From a virus (lineage: Duplodnaviria; Caudoviricetes), in IMG/VR virus record IMGVR_UViG_3300032272_000026, positions 1-43,554 of that record: DNA of 43,554 nucleotides; one strand, given 5' to 3'. The position numbers and the translations under genes were made by a program. A model generated the notes under the pieces. It was not told where the DNA came from, did not search any database, and worked only from the letters and a program-made list of their open reading frames with translations. Positions within the stretch are counted from its first letter, which is position 1. Each line of letters opens with the position of its first letter. This document shows positions 1-8,559 of the stretch, one piece after another.

Positions 1-273
1 GTTATCTTGACCCGGTTCTATTCCTACGCACTTTTTTAAAAGATTGGTTTCTTACCGAAATTCCTTGGGTGCATCGAGGTATTGTTGCCATCATCATACG
101 TTGTACAGCTTTTTTAAGTAAATACAGAGAACTAGAGAAGATACGAACTAACTTTATTTTCCAGCCCGATTTTGAAAATGCCCCTGAGGTTTTTAAGCAT
201 ATTTTTTCTTGGAATGAGGCTGGAGATGAACTTATTCTACACGCCAATAAATTCACTCTTATAATGATGCCCA
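1..273 (+). repeat. Terminal redundancy (copy 1), assembly overlap
   Basis: Matches 43282-43554 with 6 mismatches (positions 52, 97, 102, 126, 134, 146); 147-273 (127 bp) is identical. Confidence 0.97.
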
Positions 274-1556
274 GGGGGTTTTCAAAAACCACACTCCTTA
301 ACGGATTGAATTTGCATAATCTTCTTTATCAAGAGCGTCCTTTCACTTTGTATGTGTCTGAAGCTCAACCCCACGCCGAGCGTCAGGTCAAATCTCTCCG
401 AATACAGCTTGAGCAAAATGAACATATTAAAGAAGTTTTTGGTTTCTTAAAACCTGCGCAAAGGTCTGGGTTGTCTTGGTCGGATGAAATCTGTCAGACT
501 GCTAGTGGGGTAACAATTGCGGCCCGAGGCCGTGGCGGCCAAATTCGGGGCTTTAATATTAATGGGGTGCGCCCTTGGCATATAACTGTTGACGATGTCG
601 AGAGTAAAGAAAGTGTTAACACGCAGGATCAACGCTCGAAAGCCTTAGAGTGGTTTTATGGTGACTTAATGCCTGCCCTGCCTGAGCTTGTTCCTGATGC
701 CTCCATTACAGCTCTGGGGACACTTTTACACCGCGAAAGTTTATTGCAAACCTGCCGTAAAGACAAACGTTGGGTTGTGGTTATTTTCGGCGCAATTGAT
801 CGGGACGGGGAGTTGTTGTGGGAACTCAACCTAGATGCGAAAAAGCTCGAAGAAAAGAAAGCTGCATATACAGCAATCGGCAAGCTCCATCTTTATTATA
901 TGGAATATTTTAATCAGATTCGTGCAAACGACATGGCGCGATTCACCTCAGATCAATTTATTTATAACAAGCCTGATCCCACGGAACATCTTAACAAAGC
1001 GATTTTGATTGACCCTGCCATTTCAGAAGATCCTGGCGCGGACTACACAGCAATTACAGTTGTCTCGATGTCTGAAAAAGGTATTATCCATGTTCATGAT
1101 TGCTGGATGAAACGAGGCGCTTTACCTAGAGAACAAATTGATGTCTATTTTGAAATGGCGAAACTCTACATACCCACCATTCATGGAGTTGAAAGTATAG
1201 GGCTAGGGAAAGCTCTTGTTCATCTTATGCGGGAGGAAATGTTCCGCAAAAGTTATTATTTTGAGATTGAGGAAATTAAAAGCCATAAAAAAGCTGCCGG
1301 AACTCCACAGAGAAAAATTGATCGAGTTACTGCGATTCTCCAGCCACGCTTTGCCAATGGATATATCACCTTCGAACGTCGTTTTCCCCGTCTTGAGGAA
1401 CAACTTTTAGACTGGCCGCAAGGAAAAAAAGATGGCCCAGATGCACTATCGATGGCGATAGCCCTGCTAGATCCCTTCGCCGCCCAGGCTGCTGACCCAG
1501 AAAAAGATCTTGCAAAAGACGAATACGAGCCTCTCGGTAGCTGGGGCGTTCAATAA
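1..1556 (+). CDS. terL: Terminase large subunit (3' part; true start is ATG 43224 across the circular join, ~537 aa)
   Basis: PRGFSKTT Walker A-like, ITVDDVE Walker B, nuclease motifs LIDPA and KDGPDALSMA; lies upstream of portal. Confidence 0.93.
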   Translation, partial: YLDPVLFLRTFLKDWFLTEIPWVHRGIVAIIIRCTAFLSKYRELEKIRTNFIFQPDFENAPEVFKHIFSWNEAGDELILHANKFTLIMMPRGFSKTTLLNGLNLHNLLYQERPFTLYVSEAQPHAERQVKSLRIQLEQNEHIKEVFGFLKPAQRSGLSWSDEICQTASGVTIAARGRGGQIRGFNINGVRPWHITVDDVESKESVNTQDQRSKALEWFYGDLMPALPELVPDASITALGTLLHRESLLQTCRKDKRWVVVIFGAIDRDGELLWELNLDAKKLEEKKAAYTAIGKLHLYYMEYFNQIRANDMARFTSDQFIYNKPDPTEHLNKAILIDPAISEDPGADYTAITVVSMSEKGIIHVHDCWMKRGALPREQIDVYFEMAKLYIPTIHGVESIGLGKALVHLMREEMFRKSYYFEIEEIKSHKKAAGTPQRKIDRVTAILQPRFANGYITFERRFPRLEEQLLDWPQGKKDGPDALSMAIALLDPFAAQAADPEKDLAKDEYEPLGSWGVQ

Positions 1557-1572
1557 CTTAGAGGAAATACAA

Positions 1573-1869
1573 ATGCCTAATGAACGAGCTATAGCAGGAC
1601 CTTTCGGGGCTCCAAATCCAGACACCAACAAAGTTGCAAAACCTGAAGCTAATTATCGTCCAGCACCCGCCGAGCCTGGAGGTCAACCAGCTTTGCAAGA
1701 TTGTTCAGGTTGCCTCTCGTTCGAAGCGGGTCCTACTGCTTCATCCGGTCCCTGCACAGTGACTGAGGGGGTCTCTGAACAAGGTTTTATATGCGATCTA
1801 TTTCAACCAGCAACTCTGCCTGTTGACGACGCTAACCAGCTTGATCGTCAGCTCTTTGGGGATATATAA
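1573..1869 (+). CDS. Small 4-Cys protein, HiPIP (high-potential iron-sulfur protein)-like
   Basis: GAGG RBS at 1561-1564, ATG 1573; KVAKPEANYR...CSGCLSF...GPCTVTEGVSEQGFICDLF resembles the HiPIP Cys pattern. Confidence 0.55.
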   Translation: MPNERAIAGPFGAPNPDTNKVAKPEANYRPAPAEPGGQPALQDCSGCLSFEAGPTASSGPCTVTEGVSEQGFICDLFQPATLPVDDANQLDRQLFGDI

Positions 1870-3824
1870 TGGTAATGTCAACTAAACAGCCCAGCAAAAA
1901 CACAACTGGAGGAAGCCCTCCAGGACTAGGTAATGAGTCCGAGAGAGAATGGCCAAAAGTCACTCAAAAGGATCTTGAAGAGCGTCCCATTGACAGGCTC
2001 ACTCCAGGATCGATTCTTCATGACAAAGTTTTGAATTATTTGATGGACCGCCTCGAAATGTCTGAGAGGAAGATGAATCAGTTTTACCCTCGCTGGAGAG
2101 TGAACGAGCGTAATGTCCAGGCGTATGTGGATCTTGAGGAATACGAAGCGATTCTTGATGCGGATAACAAAGACGGCAAGCCCCGTAAGGCTGTTTCAAT
2201 GGTATTTCCATACTCCTTTGCGACAATCATGACCATTGTAACCTACCTTATGCACACCTTTGCTGGACGTAAGCCTATGTTCCAGCTAGGTTCATATCGG
2301 GGGGATGCGGCAGGTGCTGCTCGCAACATGGAACTCATCCTTCAGTATAATGCAGATCACTCCCGTCTTATTCGCCATCTTTATCAATTTCTTCTTGATG
2401 GTGAGATATACGGTCTTGGCGTTCTCAGAACTGAATGGGCAGACAAGAAAGCTCGCAGAACAGTCTGGAAAAATGGGCAAAAGTTTCGTGAAGAACGCAC
2501 TGTTTATCAAGGCAATCTTGCCGCCAGCGTTGATCCATTTATGTTCTTTCCTGATCCCCGCGTTCCTATGGTGGAGGTGAACAGAAAAGGTGAGTTTGTT
2601 TTTTGGAGGACTTTTGAAGGTCGGCATTCGCTTAAAAGAATGGAAGCAAGCGGAGCCCTTCGGTACGTAGATGCTGCGCCAGAGCAGCTTCGCAATAGAG
2701 GTAACTCCATGGGAGGCCTCAACTCAGGAAATTCTGACAGAGATATTCTTTCCGAAGGAGATGCCACCCCAGGAATGCTCAGGGATGAGGTGCGTTCAGG
2801 TAGATCTTTTTATCAAACTGACCAGGGCTCGATTGAGATTATCCCAGCTGAACTAGGTTTAAGTGACTCTCGTGTTCCTGAGAAGTGGATTTTTACCGTT
2901 CTCAATAAAGGTCAAATTGTCCAGGCAGAGCCTCTCAGCCATGATCATGAAATGCACCCTGTAGCTGTGCAGGAACCTTACTCCCTCGGATATGGGTTTG
3001 GCAACGCCGGGATTCTTGATTATACTCGGCCCCTTCAGGACACTCTTTCTTGGTTCATTGATTCACACATGCACAACGTAAAAGCGGCAATGAATAACAT
3101 GTTCATTGTTGATCCCTCAAGAGTTGAAATGCAGGATCTTAAAAATCCTGACCCTGGAAAAATTATCCGGTTAAAACGATCTTCGTATGGGCAGGACGTA
3201 CGCTCGGCAATTACTCAGCTTAATGTAACCGATGTGACTAAAAATCATATCAACGATATGCAAATGATGGTGAGACTGGCTGATTCCATGACCGCCATTA
3301 ATGATAATCTTCGAGGTCTGCAAACTGATGGGGGTCGGAAAACGGCAACTGAAGTGCGAACTTCAGGCGAAGCAGCCGCTTCTCGGTTAGCCTCACATGC
3401 AAGACTTACTTCGGCCCAGGGGGTATCTGATTTAACTGAGCAATGGACCCTCAACACGCAACAGTTTTTGGATCAAGAGTTTGAGTTTCAAATTACTGGG
3501 CCTGAGGGTCAGCAAGACCCCATACATCTCAGTCCCGAAATGCTCACAGGGGACTTTTATTTTCCTGTGCATGATGGTACACTTCCATTAGATAGGGTTG
3601 CTCTTTTGGATGTTTGGAAAGAAATTTTCGTAGCTGTGCAGGGTGATGAAGAGTTAAGACAGAAATATAAACTCCCGAAGATTTTTGATTTTATGGCCGA
3701 GCTGGGTGGAGCCCAAAACATGGAAAGTTTTAAAGCAGATCTTCAGTCAGATGCCTCAGTGCAAAATGGCGTTAACGCAGGGAACTTAGTTCCCCCAGGC
3801 GAGCTTCCTCCGGGAGTTTTATAA
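1869..3824 (+). CDS. Portal (head-tail connector) protein
   Basis: 651 aa, follows terL; YGLGVL, DPFMFFPDP, PGKIIR and RKTATEVR motifs typical of P22/SU10-like portals. Confidence 0.88.
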   Translation: MVMSTKQPSKNTTGGSPPGLGNESEREWPKVTQKDLEERPIDRLTPGSILHDKVLNYLMDRLEMSERKMNQFYPRWRVNERNVQAYVDLEEYEAILDADNKDGKPRKAVSMVFPYSFATIMTIVTYLMHTFAGRKPMFQLGSYRGDAAGAARNMELILQYNADHSRLIRHLYQFLLDGEIYGLGVLRTEWADKKARRTVWKNGQKFREERTVYQGNLAASVDPFMFFPDPRVPMVEVNRKGEFVFWRTFEGRHSLKRMEASGALRYVDAAPEQLRNRGNSMGGLNSGNSDRDILSEGDATPGMLRDEVRSGRSFYQTDQGSIEIIPAELGLSDSRVPEKWIFTVLNKGQIVQAEPLSHDHEMHPVAVQEPYSLGYGFGNAGILDYTRPLQDTLSWFIDSHMHNVKAAMNNMFIVDPSRVEMQDLKNPDPGKIIRLKRSSYGQDVRSAITQLNVTDVTKNHINDMQMMVRLADSMTAINDNLRGLQTDGGRKTATEVRTSGEAAASRLASHARLTSAQGVSDLTEQWTLNTQQFLDQEFEFQITGPEGQQDPIHLSPEMLTGDFYFPVHDGTLPLDRVALLDVWKEIFVAVQGDEELRQKYKLPKIFDFMAELGGAQNMESFKADLQSDASVQNGVNAGNLVPPGELPPGVL

Positions 3825-4099
3825 TGAATCCTATTGATAAAATCGAGCTTTTATACATTGCACCACTCCCTGAATGGTGTGTTGAGGATGTTGTAGACTT
3901 TCGATCTTTTCTCCATGGTTCGACTGGACAGAAATTTATTCATCATCTCATTGAACAAAGAGAACTTTATAAAAATCAGCTAGTTCAATTCGACATGAAC
4001 TTAGCGACTGACGCTGCATTTATCCAAGCCAAGTTTTCCCAAGTGAACGCAATGCTTGCTCTTATAATTGAACTGACTGAGGAGCCTACCGATGCCTGA
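3824..4099 (+). CDS. Hypothetical protein between portal and scaffold
   Basis: TAATG coupling to portal stop; helical 91 aa ORF in a typical position. Confidence 0.75.
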   Translation: MNPIDKIELLYIAPLPEWCVEDVVDFRSFLHGSTGQKFIHHLIEQRELYKNQLVQFDMNLATDAAFIQAKFSQVNAMLALIIELTEEPTDA

Positions 4100-4985
4100 A
4101 GCCACCCCCGATCCAACCAACATTCCAGCTGGCGATGAGAACTTGGCTGAGAATGAGATTTCCGATCTTCTTTCATTTGACCCCTTTGAAGAACTTAGTG
4201 AGCCAACCTCCGAAGCTACACCTGAGGCCCCCGGGAGTGGAACTCCCGAGTTTTCACCGGACGGACAAGGAAGCGAGACAGAGACACAGCAAGCAGGCCA
4301 ACTTGCTACCTCTCTTGAGTCTAAACCTGCCCCCGATCCTGAAAACAATGCCACGGTAAATCCCCAGGTGCGTTCAGAAGTTGATTCGCTAAAGAGCCAG
4401 CTGGCTCAGTATCAAGCGCTTCTCTCTCAGCGCAGTGCAAGCGAAGCCTCGCAGCAGCCAGATCCGAATGCAGCTTCCCAGTTGCCTGAATACAATTTTC
4501 CTGTACCGCCAGAACTCGTCGAGGCTCTAGGGTCCGAAGATCCTGCGTTGAGGACAAAGGGTATTCAGGCTATGATGACAGGTACAGCAATGTCAGTTCA
4601 TCAACGTATGCAGGGGGAATTTAAGCAGCTTCTTCAACAGGGGTTGCCTGCGCTACTTCAGCAACGGGAAACTGCGGCGCAACAGCGGGCTACAATTGAA
4701 TCTGATTTTTACAACACTTTTCAAGATCTGAATCTACCACAATTGCGGCCCCACATTAAAACTCTGGCTGAGCAAGTTGTGCAAGAAACAGGAGCTCAAA
4801 CTTGGACTGCAGAAATTCGGGATGAGGTGGGACGGCGAGCAAAGAAACTTTTTGGGCATATTGGAACATCGGCAGCCTCGAATCCCCCACCGCAGATGAT
4901 GGGGAGCAGTACTCGCCCAGCTGCTCCAAGTACCACTTCAGTTGAAAGCGATATCAATGATACCCTCTTCGGAGGGAGAAACTAA
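4092..4985 (+). CDS. Capsid scaffolding protein
   Basis: Acidic, Pro-rich disordered N-terminus, coiled-coil segments, directly upstream of the capsid gene; GAGGAG RBS. Confidence 0.75.
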   Translation: MPEATPDPTNIPAGDENLAENEISDLLSFDPFEELSEPTSEATPEAPGSGTPEFSPDGQGSETETQQAGQLATSLESKPAPDPENNATVNPQVRSEVDSLKSQLAQYQALLSQRSASEASQQPDPNAASQLPEYNFPVPPELVEALGSEDPALRTKGIQAMMTGTAMSVHQRMQGEFKQLLQQGLPALLQQRETAAQQRATIESDFYNTFQDLNLPQLRPHIKTLAEQVVQETGAQTWTAEIRDEVGRRAKKLFGHIGTSAASNPPPQMMGSSTRPAAPSTTSVESDINDTLFGGRN

Positions 4986-5006
4986 CAAGGCTCAAGGAGA
5001 TTTACC

Positions 5007-6224
5007 GTGGCAATTCAAGGACTTCGCACAACTCAAAATTTTGTTACCGATCAGCGACCAAAAAATTGGCGGGAGGGCATTTTGCTGCTTTCGCCGAACG
5101 GGCAGGCCCCCTTGACGGCTCTGACCGCAGCCATGACTACCAAGAAAACTGATGACCCTGAATTCAACTGGTGGGACAAGATCCAGAATTCTCGCCGAGC
5201 CGCTCTTAGCGCAGATCTTGACGCGGTTGAAACTGCGCTTCCCTTGGTTTCAGGAGCGCAGTTTTTCAAGGACGGCGACATGCTGTGGGTCGAGCAAGGC
5301 TCAGAAATTGTTCAAGTCAATGGTGATCCAGGTTCGGATACCGTCTTGAACGTACTTCGTGGCGCAGCAGGAACGACCGCTGCTACCGCAGATTTCGACG
5401 GCGCGGGAGCTAACCCATTTTTGGTCTGTATTGGTTCGGCGAATGAAGAGGGCTCAGACGCGCCAACCGGCGTGAACTTTGATCCCACTAAACGAACAAA
5501 CTATACGCAGATTTTTCGTAATACCCTCGAAGCAACGCGTACTGCAACGAAAACGCGTCTCCGGACGGGGGATGCAATCCGGGAAGCTAAGCGAGAGTGT
5601 CTGGAGCTTCATTCCATGGACATGGAACGTGCCTTTTGGTTCGGAAGCAAGAGTGAGGGCACTCGAAATGGTAAGCCCATGAGAACCACTGACGGTGTTA
5701 TGAATGTTATTGACACCAACAACATCAAAACCGCAGATTCAGACTATGCTTCAGGCGTCACCATGGCTGGCCTCGAAGAATACATGTACGAAATGTTCAA
5801 GTGGGGTTCGGATGAAAAGATGGCCTTTATGGGCAATCGTGCCATGCTGACCATCCAGCAGATCATCCGCAAGAACACCACGTACAATATTCAATTCGGG
5901 CTTAAAGAATTTGGAATGAATGTCTCACGCCTGACTTCGCCTTTTGGTGAACTGGTGATGAAATCTCATCCGCTCTTCAACCGCATGGTCGGCGGAACTA
6001 CGGGTACAGGTTCCTATTACGGCGTGGAAAGCTGGATGTTTGCACTTGACATGGCTGAGTTGGTTTACCGCCCACTTGACGACACCAAGTACCAGAAAAA
6101 GCTAGGCGACAACGGCGTGGACGGTGAGAAGAGTGGCTACTTGACGGAGACGGGAATGGAAGTGCATCACCCCACCGCTCATTATCTGATCAAGAACCTG
6201 CACACTGCAGCTGCAGATAGCTAA
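5007..6224 (+). CDS. Major capsid protein (SU10-like/DUF5309-type HK97 fold)
   Basis: AAGGAG RBS, GTG start; QRPKNWREGILLL.PNG, NYTQIFRN, DMERAFWFG and ETGMEVHH motifs; codon style suggests high expression. Confidence 0.88.
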   Translation: MAIQGLRTTQNFVTDQRPKNWREGILLLSPNGQAPLTALTAAMTTKKTDDPEFNWWDKIQNSRRAALSADLDAVETALPLVSGAQFFKDGDMLWVEQGSEIVQVNGDPGSDTVLNVLRGAAGTTAATADFDGAGANPFLVCIGSANEEGSDAPTGVNFDPTKRTNYTQIFRNTLEATRTATKTRLRTGDAIREAKRECLELHSMDMERAFWFGSKSEGTRNGKPMRTTDGVMNVIDTNNIKTADSDYASGVTMAGLEEYMYEMFKWGSDEKMAFMGNRAMLTIQQIIRKNTTYNIQFGLKEFGMNVSRLTSPFGELVMKSHPLFNRMVGGTTGTGSYYGVESWMFALDMAELVYRPLDDTKYQKKLGDNGVDGEKSGYLTETGMEVHHPTAHYLIKNLHTAAADS

Positions 6225-6266
6225 AACAGCAACTGTTTCTATCTTTTTTATAAGGAAAACAATATC

Positions 6267-6737
6267 ATGCCACCACTTTCACAAGGCCGATCAAGTGCCA
6301 TTACCCAGGACGGAAAAGCCCTGGTTATTCCGGGGCTCGAAACAGGTGCCTATAACATGGATCAAATGCCGATCCTCATGTCGTCGGATGCTGTTACTCT
6401 GACCTCTGACGCGCAAACAGGACTTCCGGTGCAGGCAGTGCCCTTCAACGCCACCATCATTGGTCTTAGCGTTATTTGTGAAACTGCCACTGCAACTGGG
6501 GTTTCGCAGTTGCTTACTGTGGGAACTGAAACCGACGCTGACAAGTATGTCAATGATTACGACATCACGGATATGACTGCAGGCACAGTCACCAATCTTT
6601 CAACCACCACGGCAGCCACAGGTTTTATCAATGCCTCGGTGGATGCCGGTGACATTATCCAAGTAGGGGCTTCGGCAATTGCTGGAGCTTCCGGCGTGAT
6701 CGCGGTATCCCTGACCCTGGTCCCCCGCAACTCTTAA
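6267..6737 (+). CDS. Putative capsid decoration/cement protein
   Basis: Thr/Ala/Val-rich beta-type 156 aa protein directly after the capsid gene; AAGGA RBS. Confidence 0.6.
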   Translation: MPPLSQGRSSAITQDGKALVIPGLETGAYNMDQMPILMSSDAVTLTSDAQTGLPVQAVPFNATIIGLSVICETATATGVSQLLTVGTETDADKYVNDYDITDMTAGTVTNLSTTTAATGFINASVDAGDIIQVGASAIAGASGVIAVSLTLVPRNS

Positions 6738-6763
6738 CAATAACTGAAAGTGAGTATTGAGCC

Positions 6764-7546
6764 ATGGACGCTTCTTATCCCTATCCTCGAATGTCTGAAG
6801 AAGGTAAAATCTTCTCCCCAGAGGCTAAGGCCTGTAACAGGGTCATTATTCTAGGGATGGGGGCGTCCATGTACCAATACCAGCTCCTGATGTATAACAA
6901 TCATCGTTACACTGAGGGGGCGCAGGTATGGGCTCTTAACGCTGCCGCACATGTTTTCCGTCATGATCTCGCGTTTCAAATCCACGAACACACACTCCTT
7001 GAGAAACTTAACGGCCCAGATTGGTGGAAGCTGTATGATAATGGCATTCCTGTAGTGATGCAAGAAAATCATCCTGAATTACCAAACTCAAGAGAGTATC
7101 CTTTCGGTGAAATCATTGATCACATTCAAGAAATTTATTTTAGAAATTCCTCAGCATATGCAATTGCCTTGGCTTTGCTTAGTGGCGCCGAAGAGATTGA
7201 ACTTTTTGGACATGATTATAACTATTCTACTAAGTCTAAAAATAATTCTTACGAGTTGGGTCGGTGTAATGTTGAGTATTGGTTAGGTCTAGCTAAGTTT
7301 TGGGATGGGGATCGAAACTCTAGATGCCGCATTAAGGTCCCTGCTACGACCACACTGCTAGATACCTGTGAGCGACTTGATCCTCAAACATCTTTTTATG
7401 GTTATAGTGATAAAGCTCCAATTATTACATCAACTGAGTCTGGTTATGTTCATGCTGGGTTCGGAAAAGGCTCTAAAGATTTTGAAAACATTCAGACTGA
7501 ACTTGAAAAGACCTCGACTTACTTTGATTTTGAAACCGAGGATTGA
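6764..7546 (+). CDS. DUF115/MAF_flag10 (CstII sialyltransferase-fold)-like putative glycosyltransferase
   Basis: VIILGMGAS...VWALN...NSSAYAIALALLSGAEEIELFGHDY matches the GxGxS / N / S..A+.+A..G+..I.L.G.D pattern. Confidence 0.55.
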   Translation: MDASYPYPRMSEEGKIFSPEAKACNRVIILGMGASMYQYQLLMYNNHRYTEGAQVWALNAAAHVFRHDLAFQIHEHTLLEKLNGPDWWKLYDNGIPVVMQENHPELPNSREYPFGEIIDHIQEIYFRNSSAYAIALALLSGAEEIELFGHDYNYSTKSKNNSYELGRCNVEYWLGLAKFWDGDRNSRCRIKVPATTTLLDTCERLDPQTSFYGYSDKAPIITSTESGYVHAGFGKGSKDFENIQTELEKTSTYFDFETED

Positions 7547-7580
7547 GCCATACATTTGTATTTTATAAGGTATTGACGCT

Positions 7581-8195
7581 ATGTCTCTTGCAGATTTTCA
7601 TTCAACGGTTTCCTCCAATGTCAACAAGGGAACTCTCCATGATGCCGTTATACCTGCGTTTGTCAAACAAGCTGGGAGGTGGATGGAGCGCAATTATTCT
7701 TTTAAGTACATGGAGCGATTCGTTACCTTTGCTATCGATCCTACTTCAACATATCCACGGTCTATAGCTCTGCCGGAACGTTTTAAGAGCTTTAATTTTA
7801 TTCGCATCATAAACGCAGATGGATCGTATAGTATACTCAACCAAGTCGATCCTGAAGATGTTATATCAAACGATCAGGCAACCCCAACAGGTTACTGGTT
7901 GGATGGTCTTGATTATATCTGGATGGATAACACACCTTCTGAAATTGTTAACCTCGAAATGTCTTATATTCAATATGCAGATTGGCCAGTTTCCCCCTAT
8001 ATCGAGACGCCCTGGCTGCTCGAAAATGGTGAAGAAATCCTGCTGGCACAGACCATGATGTTAATGGCGCCTCTTTTGAGGGAACCTGATTTGTTAACCC
8101 TTTATAAAGCGATTCGGGATGAAGGTCTGCGTACCCTGACTTTGGCGGATGAGGAACTTCGATCATCTAACCGAAACGAGGTTATGAACGGATGA
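7581..8195 (+). CDS. Head-tail adaptor (tail tubular protein A-like)
   Basis: 204 aa; LP.RF, P.GYW and T.WLLENG.EILL motifs; position after head genes. Confidence 0.7.
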   Translation: MSLADFHSTVSSNVNKGTLHDAVIPAFVKQAGRWMERNYSFKYMERFVTFAIDPTSTYPRSIALPERFKSFNFIRIINADGSYSILNQVDPEDVISNDQATPTGYWLDGLDYIWMDNTPSEIVNLEMSYIQYADWPVSPYIETPWLLENGEEILLAQTMMLMAPLLREPDLLTLYKAIRDEGLRTLTLADEELRSSNRNEVMNG

Positions 8196-8557
8196 CTATC
8201 TTTCATGATAAGGATCAAGGCTCTGATGTGACTTTTCGGCCCAGGGCTCCAAATGAGTCTTTTTGGAAAGAAAAACACTCAACAGATTCCTTATCTTTTT
8301 CTGATGCCCACTCGATGAAGCCAAAACCCGCAAGGGGAGATAATCTAACTTTAAGCGACGTAGGTACAGTTTCTGTCGGCAAGGTTATATCTGAGACCTT
8401 GGCTTTAAATGATGCTGCGGTTAGCCGGGTGGGGAAAGTTGTTTCAGATTCTTTGCTTCTTGGAGATACTTGGCTTATTACAGCTACAGATTCTCTCATG
8501 ACTGAGGCTAACTTATCCATCGTAACCGAGGCGAGCGATTTCCTGATCCAGGAGTAG
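8192..8557 (+). CDS. Small virion protein with ~18-aa repeats
   Basis: ATGA overlap; repeated D.L.LSD...VGKV units; C-terminal LMTE..IVTE..FLIQE. Confidence 0.65.
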   Translation: MTIFHDKDQGSDVTFRPRAPNESFWKEKHSTDSLSFSDAHSMKPKPARGDNLTLSDVGTVSVGKVISETLALNDAAVSRVGKVVSDSLLLGDTWLITATDSLMTEANLSIVTEASDFLIQE

Positions 8558-8559
8558 TT

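Noticed and set aside
6205-6238. Palindrome ctgcagctgcag and small hairpin aaacag-caa-ctgttt at the end of the capsid gene
   Set aside because: The palindrome is explained by Ala codons; the hairpin is AT-rich and too weak to call a terminator.
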